Shown: positions 29,156 through 37,122 of the stretch, one piece after another
Numbering within the stretch: the stretch's first letter is position 1
How the letters are laid out: every line of letters begins with the position of its first letter
Source: an archaeon
GTDB lineage: Archaea > Thermoproteota > Nitrososphaeria > Conexivisphaerales > UBA164
Length of the DNA stretch: 64,000 bases
Assembly (NCBI GenBank): GCA_021792955.1
Contig: JAJYTP010000002.1
Location: 43,575-107,574 of the forward strand
Reading direction: 5' to 3'
Position numbers and translations under genes: made by a program
The notes under the pieces: generated by a model
The model's database searches: none
The model's input: the letters and a program-made list of their open reading frames with translations, nothing else
Told to the model about the DNA's origin: nothing

Positions 29156-29497
29156 TCATATTTTATTAGATCTGACATCTGATACAAGTTCGCTATTTTT
29201 TTGCTTTATTATAACGGCAGCTATTTCGTTTGGATTAAGCCCTGACTTTCCGTTTATGGCCTTTATGGTCGAGTCTATTATGTTATACGCGTAGTCGCCT
29301 GCAGGGAATTCGTCCTTCTCATCCATATAATAGTGGATACCTATTGCATTATACAAGGGGTGAACTACATAGATCATTTTATCAAGCTTGTAGAAAACAA
29401 GAACCATACCACGGCCAGCGCCACTGGTGATTGCTGCAAGATCCTTTATGAGGTCTTCCAGAGAAAAGAATTGAGCGTAATACTTCTCTATTGCCAT
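29156..29497 (-). CDS. Hypothetical protein
   Basis: 113-aa ORF with GGAG upstream; no function recognised. Confidence 0.65.
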   Translation of the reverse strand: MAIEKYYAQFFSLEDLIKDLAAITSGAGRGMVLVFYKLDKMIYVVHPLYNAIGIHYYMDEKDEFPAGDYAYNIIDSTIKAINGKSGLNPNEIAAVIIKQKNSELVSDVRSNKI

Positions 29498-29559
29498 AGC
29501 TCCCCATTAAGATTGGAAATAGAAATAGTTAGCGGCTGATTTGGAAGGATCGTTAAGCT

Positions 29560-29814
29560 TCAAACAGCTGGTATCAGTCTGCAATTGGGCGGACATGGTG
29601 TCTTTGAAACTGGAAGAACCTTTAATTCGCCACTTTTTATATCAAATTCAGCACCATGAAATGGGCACCTAATTCTACCATCAACTATCAGAAATCCCTC
29701 TGACGTAATCACCCTACCCTTATGGGGACAGTAATCAAGATAGGAATAGGTTTGGCCATCAACCTTGATCCTAAATGATGGGCCGATCGTTGATAAAAAT
29801 CGTTCGATTTCCAT
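29560..29814 (-). CDS. Small Rieske [2Fe-2S] ferredoxin
   Basis: CPHKG and CPFHGAEFD Rieske boxes. Confidence 0.85.
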   Translation of the reverse strand: MEIERFLSTIGPSFRIKVDGQTYSYLDYCPHKGRVITSEGFLIVDGRIRCPFHGAEFDIKSGELKVLPVSKTPCPPNCRLIPAV

Positions 29815-29867
29815 TTAACCAATACCTCTTGATAAAGACTTGTTACGATCCCTTTTAAGCCTTATAT

Positions 29868-30464
29868 TTATACTAATTTTGGCATCTTCAGTCTCATGTC
29901 GGTTGTATGCGCAAATCCGAACGAGTGTAAATAATGCGTAAAGGCCTTCTTTATGTTAGTATCTGGCTCCGGGTTCTTCTCGTAAAAGAACCCTTCCATG
30001 AGCTTGGCTGCATGATATCTGAAACTTTCTGAGTCCTTTACTACAAAAGTTATTATCCGCGGTTTCAATCCAAACAATGAAGTGCTGGAATATTTTCTGC
30101 CTTCCATGCCCACGCCCGTGCTTATCTTAATTAATTCTAACTCGGGATGAGACCTTCGAATTTTGCGTTCCAGATGGGGTGAGGTCACTTTAGTAAAGCC
30201 ATTTATATCTATTAGCTCCATGGCCCTCTGGAATTCCATTTCCTTATAATTCATCAATCCATATTTACTTTTTAATTCCCTTATCATCCTGTAAATCGTT
30301 GAAAAGCCCCTTTTGGTCATGCTTGATATGCCTTCCACTGAATACCCCTTTTTATACAGTTTAATCACCTGCTCAAATGTATTATAATCGTGCAGGTAGA
30401 ATGGTTTATTCCTTTTATAAATGGAATTAAGATTATTCCATATAATTTTTATATCATCAGCCAT
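29868..30464 (-). CDS. HTH-containing hypothetical protein
   Basis: LYKKGYSVEGISSMTKRGFSTIYRMI is HTH-like; C-terminal domain unrecognised. Confidence 0.65.
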   Translation of the reverse strand: MADDIKIIWNNLNSIYKRNKPFYLHDYNTFEQVIKLYKKGYSVEGISSMTKRGFSTIYRMIRELKSKYGLMNYKEMEFQRAMELIDINGFTKVTSPHLERKIRRSHPELELIKISTGVGMEGRKYSSTSLFGLKPRIITFVVKDSESFRYHAAKLMEGFFYEKNPEPDTNIKKAFTHYLHSFGFAHTTDMRLKMPKLV

Positions 30465-30528
30465 AACAAATTATCTACTTGAAGAATATTTAAATATATC
30501 TCCAATTTTTATTGTAAATTACAGAGTA

Positions 30529-31755
30529 TCACAAGTTGCGCTTGTCTATATATCCAGATTTATCAGTTTTGAACGCCCATATATTTTTTCTTAAAATCAC
30601 TGCGCTTAGGGCCATTAGGGATGCCAGTGACAGAAATCCCATGTATAGATAAATAAGGGGTAGAAAGGCGAGATTTCCCTTTAGTTCACCCTTTAACTTG
30701 ATCATCGAGCCTAGGCTCGTCATCTGGATAATAACGAAATACCCAAATAGATATCCAGCAAAGAGTACGATCCTGAACACCCCGTATGTCCACAAATATA
30801 TGGCTATGGGTGTAAGTGAAACCGTCACGAGAAGCAGTATGGAATACAAGGGCATCAGAAGGAATAGAAGAGCGTCCATTGCAGATACCATACCCGTCTT
30901 CTTGAACAGATCCAAGTGATTTCTTACCAGCTGCAGATATCCACCATACCATCTTATCCTTTGCCTGAAGAAAGTTGTGACCTTTGCTGGCACTTCTATC
31001 CAAACGAAGGAATCCAAATACGATGACTTGACCTTATGCTTAATAAGCTTAAGCCATAGATCCACATCCTCAGTTGCACTGTTGCTAAATCCTCCTATAT
31101 CAAGCAATAATTCCCGATCCACAAAGGAGTTGTAACCGGCTATCGGAACCGATAACCCTAGCTTGTTACGTCCACAGTTCAAGGCCCTTGAAGTAAGAGA
31201 TTCAAACGTAGAAAGCTTTGATAGCCACGATTCGCCTACGTTTATCACTTTATAGTACCCGGTCATTGCCTTCTTACCACTCAAGTACTCCTGCGCGGCT
31301 GCCATCAGATAATTTTCGCAGGGGACGCTGTCGGCATCCAGTAACGCCACAAGTTTTCCAGTGCAATACTTTAACCCAACATTTAATGCGCCGGGCTTCC
31401 TGTTATAATTCTTCTCCATTTTAACAACCCGGAGCCTTTCATCCTTCTCCGCGAAGGAATTAACTATGGCAAGGGAGTTGTCTGTGGAATCATCAAGTAC
31501 GAGGACCATTTCGATTAGGTCGGCTGGGTAATTGAGATGGTTGATGGACTGTATCAGCCTCCCGATGGTGTTTTCTTCATTCTTCACAGCCACTAGGATA
31601 GAAATCTTTGGAAGTCCACTGAATGGGAATTTATAGGCTTGCTTATTATTCTTGGACATCGCATTTCCTCCAACTAACATGAACAGGCCCCAGTATGATG
31701 CTAGGAATATCACTATGCCATTGAAAAGCCAAGTAAGGTCTGCCCCGATTATCAA
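30529..31755 (-). CDS. Membrane GT2 glycosyltransferase (cellulose-synthase-like)
   Basis: DDSTD, KPGALN, LDADS, TED, QRIRW; TM segments at both ends. Confidence 0.92.
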   Translation of the reverse strand: MIIGADLTWLFNGIVIFLASYWGLFMLVGGNAMSKNNKQAYKFPFSGLPKISILVAVKNEENTIGRLIQSINHLNYPADLIEMVLVLDDSTDNSLAIVNSFAEKDERLRVVKMEKNYNRKPGALNVGLKYCTGKLVALLDADSVPCENYLMAAAQEYLSGKKAMTGYYKVINVGESWLSKLSTFESLTSRALNCGRNKLGLSVPIAGYNSFVDRELLLDIGGFSNSATEDVDLWLKLIKHKVKSSYLDSFVWIEVPAKVTTFFRQRIRWYGGYLQLVRNHLDLFKKTGMVSAMDALLFLLMPLYSILLLVTVSLTPIAIYLWTYGVFRIVLFAGYLFGYFVIIQMTSLGSMIKLKGELKGNLAFLPLIYLYMGFLSLASLMALSAVILRKNIWAFKTDKSGYIDKRNL

Positions 31756-31862
31756 TATACGCGCGTAAGAAATAAACCGGTATTATATATAATTTTCCAA
31801 AAATTGGAAATTTAATGCTCTGTAAGACCAGAACAATTATTACATCCCCTTATGTAATAATC

Positions 31863-32250
31863 GAGGTGATAGGCAACGGCTATCAAAAACAGGGAATTAT
31901 ACCTTAAGGATGGAGACATTTCACTTTTAAAAGAAGAATAAGTCTACGTGAAGAGGTACGGAGCTGTAGCAAGGGTGCTGTCCTACAGCGAAATACTTAG
32001 GATCTCTAGGGGACAGGCAGCCAAGATGATATGTCTGCTTGGGCAGGAGGCAGATGCAGAGGATGGCGAAGCGCTTTAGATATGATGGAATAGTTGATCT
32101 CAGGTTCAAGTCCACCAGGCCTTACATTTTTCCCAACAGGACGCCTCTGTGATAAAAACCATGGTGGTGAAGGTGAGGAAGGTGACGAGCTTAGGTGCTG
32201 ACCAGATATCGAGGATAGTCAACAACTTCTCTTTAACGAAAAGTATATGA
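31863..32250 (+). pseudogene. Possible degraded gene fragment
   Basis: Protein-like stretches in shifting frames (VYVKRYGAVARVLSYSEILRI; MAKRFRYDGIVDLRF; MVVKVRKVTSLGADQISRIV) broken by stops; no family recognised. Confidence 0.3.
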
Positions 32251-32272
32251 ACCTTTAGAAGGTAGATAATAT

Positions 32273-32698
32273 GTGTCCTCGGATTCAAATTCAGGTACTA
32301 TAAAGATCAGGGTTAGGAACGGCGAAAATGAGTTTGAAATAGATGCCAAAAAGGTGGATCTTCAAGACGCGTTTAAGACCGCAAGTGATATATTCCAGCT
32401 GATTGGGAAAACACCTACTGTCGTTAGCCCCACGATTGAATCCAGTTTCGATACACCAATCCAGATAGATTCAAAGGCGTCGCTTCCAAACATAGTGGTA
32501 AAGCTTCTTGGGAGCGAATGGGGAAGCAAGCCCAGAAGGCTAAAGGAAATCAAAGAGCAACTTGAGCAGATGGGTATGATATATCCAAAACAGTCAATCG
32601 CCGTATCCCTTTTACGTCTTGCTAAGGAAGGTGAAATAAGGAGATTTAAGGGAGATGAGGGTGATTACCTTTACGTAGGCGCGCGTAAGGGCAACTGA
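32273..32698 (+). CDS. Winged-helix protein with N-terminal beta-hairpin/helix domain
   Basis: PRRLKEIKEQLEQMG..YPKQSIAVSLLRLAKEGEIRR...YLY. Confidence 0.75.
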   Translation: MSSDSNSGTIKIRVRNGENEFEIDAKKVDLQDAFKTASDIFQLIGKTPTVVSPTIESSFDTPIQIDSKASLPNIVVKLLGSEWGSKPRRLKEIKEQLEQMGMIYPKQSIAVSLLRLAKEGEIRRFKGDEGDYLYVGARKGN

Positions 32699-33044
32699 GA
32701 TTACTGAAAAGATGTTGGGGGGTTTCGTTATAAGCTGAACTCTGATGCCTTAACTGAGAAAATATACGCGGGCTTCCTTCAACGACGGTTACGGCGTTCA
32801 AATGTCATTTATGATAATAATATATTGAGCCGGTCGCGTCCGATTTCATACCTGTGAAAATACACCCGGCGAAGCAACGTACTGATGTCTGTCATGTACC
32901 GCTAAATCATGAAACAACTTCCCTGCAGGTTTATGAGCCAGCAAGGGTGATGCCTTTATAAAAGACTCGCACCCTTGAACGTAAGAGAATATGCCGGTAA
33001 AACTATAATATGGGGATAATATATAGCAATAGCGTTAGATTGAC

Positions 33045-33542
33045 ATGAGCGAAGAACCATTGAACGTAGAAATTCGCATGGGGGATTTACACGCAACTTT
33101 TTCAGGGAAGCCAAGCGATGTTTATGAAACTGTTGATCGATTCCTTTCTCAAAACATATCTGAAATCGGTTTCGCGAGACAGATATACCTTAATTACAGC
33201 CTTAAAGAACTGGTTGAAATGTTCACGGGATTTGTGAAAATAACCGAGGAAGGCCCGCGGGTAATATCTGAAAGGCCCTTAAGCTTAAAGTTGAAGATAA
33301 GCCTTCAACTTATAGCGTGTAAGATTGCGTTTATGCTCAATCGCATCCAGAGGGCTGGATACTCTGTACAGGAGTTGGAGGAGTCCATGGCGACCAACGC
33401 AAAATCCATCAGTTCTAGGCTTAGTGAATTGGTCAAGGAAGGGTATGTAATGAGAAGCAACGACGAAAAGGGAAGTTCATATTATGTAACCACTGCCGGC
33501 ATTAAGTGGGTCTTCGACACTCTGCACAGCGCGCTAAAATGA
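33045..33542 (+). CDS. Winged-helix protein with N-terminal beta-hairpin/helix domain
   Basis: SVQELEE...KSISSRLSELVKEGYV...YYVTTAG. Confidence 0.8.
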   Translation: MSEEPLNVEIRMGDLHATFSGKPSDVYETVDRFLSQNISEIGFARQIYLNYSLKELVEMFTGFVKITEEGPRVISERPLSLKLKISLQLIACKIAFMLNRIQRAGYSVQELEESMATNAKSISSRLSELVKEGYVMRSNDEKGSSYYVTTAGIKWVFDTLHSALK

Positions 33543-33625
33543 CAGGTCCATCTTTCTAATACATCAAATATTAGCCAACCTATCCTTAAAGCGCTTTATG
33601 AACCACTTGGTTAACAAGGACCCAC

Positions 33626-33901
33626 TTACTTATGTCTCATTTTAGTGAAATCCTTGTTTCTAGAAAGAAATGTGCTTCTAAGCCGTCTCAGCTCCTGCAC
33701 GCACTGCATGAATTCTCCTTCGTTATAATATTGCCTTGCAGCATCCAAAGACCCAGGCTTTGAATCTGGTTGCGCAGCAACCTCGACATTATTGTCCAGC
33801 TTGACTTCTAGGATTAGCGTTTCAAGTTTCACAAAGAACCCATATGAATCGTTCTTCATCGTTCCCAGCTCTTCAAACAGGTCAAGTATATGGCCCTTCA
33901 T
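33626..33901 (-). CDS. Hypothetical protein
   Basis: 91-aa ORF with TATA-like element ~25 nt upstream. Confidence 0.55.
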   Translation of the reverse strand: MKGHILDLFEELGTMKNDSYGFFVKLETLILEVKLDNNVEVAAQPDSKPGSLDAARQYYNEGEFMQCVQELRRLRSTFLSRNKDFTKMRHK

Positions 33902-34031
33902 AATGAACAGTAGCCTTCTGAATATTAAAGGATTTTCTTTAATATATAATATATGTGATCAATAGGCTTTGGCTACTTGCCACTAGTTAAATATTTAAGA
34001 GCGTATATTTGCCCCCTTACTAGGGATACTA

Positions 34032-34238
34032 TTGAATCGCATAAGGAAGATTTCCACCGAACTGTTGGTAAAATATCCGACTAAATTTACAGAGAGCTTT
34101 GATTCAAATAAGCTAGCTCTCAATGAGCTTGCCGATATAACTTCGAAGAACCTGAGAAATGAGCTTGCGGGGTATATAACTAAAAAGATTAAGATGTCTC
34201 GGAGAGTTATAGAGGAATCACAAGATGGACAGGAGTAA
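34032..34238 (+). CDS. rps17e: 30S ribosomal protein S17e
   Basis: YPTKFTESFDSNK, SKNLRNELAGYIT. Confidence 0.95.
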   Translation: MNRIRKISTELLVKYPTKFTESFDSNKLALNELADITSKNLRNELAGYITKKIKMSRRVIEESQDGQE

Positions 34239-35073
34239 TGTTCTGGACGCGGATGGTTTTAAGATAAACTTAATGCTGATGCCGCTTAAGAACATCAGAA
34301 TTCATGAAGAGGTGCTTCCCAACTATCTTTCCGATCTGACCGAATCTATAAGACAAAGCGGAGTGCAGCTAGATCCTATAATTGCAGATATTAAGACAGG
34401 AATCGCGCTAGATGGTATGCATCGGATAGAGTCAATCAGAAAACTGGAGTGTAAAAGGATAATGGTTGCAGGGGTTGACTACTCCGATCCCCGTATAACG
34501 CTAAAGAGGTGGCTTCGTTCTGTAAAACTTCCCGCAGGGATATTTGATGAATTACGGTATAATTTACAATTAACCAGGGCTAGTAGCATGGAAGAAGCGA
34601 GGTCGTTAGTCGATTCAGGGGCATCACCGATAGCCGTACTAAGCGAGGAGGAATCGTTTATTACATCTATAAAGGCACAAGGGCTTGAATATTTTAAACT
34701 GGTAAGAAGGTTTGACGCGTTGACCCACGGTCTAACTATTTCTTCAATACTCGATATAAATCTAAAGGAATATATTGATGGGGGTTACAAGGTCCTTTAT
34801 GTTCCCACTCCTAAAAAGGATGATGTTATATTTTCCGGCATGAGTGGAACGCTATTTCCCCCGAAGTCCACACGTCATTTGATACCGCTCAGGCCGGTTA
34901 ACGTTATGTGCCCGCTCGACCTGCTTAAAGGAAGGCTTGCGGACCATGAAGCTGAAGAAAGATTTAACGAACTGCTTTCAACCAAATCGCGGTCTGAGCT
35001 ACCGCCCGGTTCAGAATACAAGGGCAGGACCTACGAGGAGCGATTGACGGTATTTAACGATAGGCAAAGCTAA
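34225..35073 (+). CDS. SerK-like free serine kinase (ParB/Srx fold)
   Basis: IHEEV, LDGMHR, VDYSD..I.L.RW, FPPKSTRHLIP match the Thermococcus SerK pattern recalled from memory. Confidence 0.72.
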   Translation: MDRSNVLDADGFKINLMLMPLKNIRIHEEVLPNYLSDLTESIRQSGVQLDPIIADIKTGIALDGMHRIESIRKLECKRIMVAGVDYSDPRITLKRWLRSVKLPAGIFDELRYNLQLTRASSMEEARSLVDSGASPIAVLSEEESFITSIKAQGLEYFKLVRRFDALTHGLTISSILDINLKEYIDGGYKVLYVPTPKKDDVIFSGMSGTLFPPKSTRHLIPLRPVNVMCPLDLLKGRLADHEAEERFNELLSTKSRSELPPGSEYKGRTYEERLTVFNDRQS

Positions 35074-35074
35074 A

Positions 35075-35707
35075 TTGAAAATAAAGCTTCTAGGCAGCCT
35101 TTCCTACAAGGGCCGGACAAGGTTCAATGTAAGGACACAGGGCCCCATCACGCTTAAGGCCCTATTAAAAAGGATACAGAATGGGGAACTGACCCCGGGA
35201 AACCCTAATCTGATCGTCTTCATAAATGGCGTCGAATTCCACATGCTGGGCGGTTATGATGCCCTTGTCAGCGTATCGGATGAGGTAACAATACTCCCAG
35301 CAGCTCACGGCGGCTCTGGCTTCAGCGTCCGAATATTTGATGATGACGCGTATATCATAGCCCAAAAGGGCGTCATAAGTGTCAGGTGCAGTCGCAGTTG
35401 CCTCCGGTATATGGGTCTCGTCTATTTTACGGCTTTGCAGACCTGGCACGCTCTTGCGAACGACGAACTGATAGCCAAGAAGCCTGAAGTGGACTTCCTA
35501 ATGAGGTTGTCACGCCAAAGGAGAATATCATTGGCCATAAAAAGATGCGGAGCTGAGGGCAAGCCGAATAATGATGTAGTAACTGTGAGCTTCGGAGAGT
35601 ATGACAAGATTGATCTGATGACGTCGTCCAAGAACATTGAAATCTCACCTGAAACCGATGAAGATACGCTTATAATGAGTGAAGAAAGCGCGTTAACTAC
35701 CATCTAG
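35075..35707 (+). CDS. Ubiquitin-like (ThiS/MoaD/Urm1) domain fused to KEOPS subunit Cgi121
   Basis: LIVFING...DEVTILPAAHGG, then IAKKPEVDFLMRLSRQRRISLAIKRCG. Confidence 0.82.
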   Translation: MKIKLLGSLSYKGRTRFNVRTQGPITLKALLKRIQNGELTPGNPNLIVFINGVEFHMLGGYDALVSVSDEVTILPAAHGGSGFSVRIFDDDAYIIAQKGVISVRCSRSCLRYMGLVYFTALQTWHALANDELIAKKPEVDFLMRLSRQRRISLAIKRCGAEGKPNNDVVTVSFGEYDKIDLMTSSKNIEISPETDEDTLIMSEESALTTI

Positions 35708-35738
35708 GTAAATTCTTATTTATCGGTTTACCGATGGT

Positions 35739-36017
35739 ATGTCGGTTATGGACAAAAAATACGATGTTCAAGTAAAGACAAAGGATAAGGCTGCGCGGAT
35801 ACCCAAGGAGGTCATATCGAAGGCCAAGATGGGTCTAAGCGGGAAGATGATAGCAGCAATGAAAAAGGAGATCGTAGATTGTCCATTGGTCAAGGAAGAG
35901 GTTCCATTCCTGTACTGCTTTACCTGCCCATCATATATACGGAGGGTAAAGGGCGTAGTGCACTGCGCTGCTATCAAGGGCCCATATGGTAGCATGGGAG
36001 CAGAGGCCACAGCTTAG
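35739..36017 (+). CDS. Small Cys-rich conserved protein (putative metal-binding)
   Basis: VDCP...CFTC..YIRRVKGVVHC; TATA at ~35714-35723. Confidence 0.75.
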   Translation: MSVMDKKYDVQVKTKDKAARIPKEVISKAKMGLSGKMIAAMKKEIVDCPLVKEEVPFLYCFTCPSYIRRVKGVVHCAAIKGPYGSMGAEATA

Positions 36018-36138
36018 AATATACAACTTACCGCAGTATTTGTATTAAACAGTTCAGTGTATTTCGATAATAACAAATAGTTATGGATCTTTGCCTGATT
36101 TAAACAAAGCTTAAAAAGGCTTTAATTAACGCCTGTTC

Positions 36139-37122
36139 ATGAGCATAAAACTTCTGAACATGGAGCAAGTCGGTTCCTTGATCGACATGGATGAAGTTAT
36201 TGAAGTCACAAAAAGGGTTCTAATTGAGAAGGCTAGGGAACAGACACAAATGCCTCCCAAGGTCTATGTCTTCTTCGCGGCTTATAAGGGGGACTTCAGG
36301 GTCATGCCCGCGTATATTCCTATGGAAGAGGCAGCCGGGGTTAAGATAGTGAATGTACACCCAGATAACCCCAAGCACAACCTCCCCACGGTAATGGCTA
36401 CGATAGTTTTGCTTGACCCGAAGACCGGAGAGCCTATTTCCATCATGGACGGCACGCTGCTAACCAGCATAAGAACTGGTGCTGCAGGCGCCGTGGCCGC
36501 AGAACGCCTGGCGAGAAAGGATGTGCGCAAGGTAGCTTTCATAGGTGGTGGAACTCAGGCAAAACAGCAGCTGTTAGGGCTTTTGAGCGTCTACGGGAAT
36601 CGGTTTTCAGCCAAAGTTTATGATCCTTCAAGCGAGGCTATCAAGAGGTTGATAAGTTTAGCGAAGGGGAAGGGGGTTGATTTATCTGAGGAGAGCAACG
36701 TCAGGAGCTGCATCAGGGATGCCGATATAATTGTTACAACTACTCCATCGACTAAGCCAGTAGTTGAGGATGGGTGGGTTCAGGAGGGCGTCCACATAAA
36801 CGCAATGGGAGCCGACGCGCCTGGTAAAGAGGAGCTGGATCCGAAGTTGCTAAAAAGGTCAAAAATATTCGTAGATGATATCGAACAGGCTACACATTCC
36901 GGTGAGATCAATGTGCCAATATCAAAGGGGTTGATGGACAGGCACGATATAGCAGGGGAGCTCGGTGAAGTACTGGATGGAAGGGTTAAGGGTAGACAGA
37001 GTGATAAAGATATAACGGTTTTCGATTCAACCGGACTGGCGATTCAGGATATAGCGGTAGCCCATCTTGCGTATGAGAGCGCCGTTAAGAAGGGAGTCGG
37101 CTCACTGATCAACTTAATCTAG
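36139..37122 (+). CDS. ala: Alanine dehydrogenase (ornithine cyclodeaminase/mu-crystallin family)
   Basis: GDFRVMPAY, GVKIVNVHPDN, RTGAAG, GADAPGKEELD, HSGEINVP, FDSTGLAIQD. Confidence 0.88.
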   Translation: MSIKLLNMEQVGSLIDMDEVIEVTKRVLIEKAREQTQMPPKVYVFFAAYKGDFRVMPAYIPMEEAAGVKIVNVHPDNPKHNLPTVMATIVLLDPKTGEPISIMDGTLLTSIRTGAAGAVAAERLARKDVRKVAFIGGGTQAKQQLLGLLSVYGNRFSAKVYDPSSEAIKRLISLAKGKGVDLSEESNVRSCIRDADIIVTTTPSTKPVVEDGWVQEGVHINAMGADAPGKEELDPKLLKRSKIFVDDIEQATHSGEINVPISKGLMDRHDIAGELGEVLDGRVKGRQSDKDITVFDSTGLAIQDIAVAHLAYESAVKKGVGSLINLI

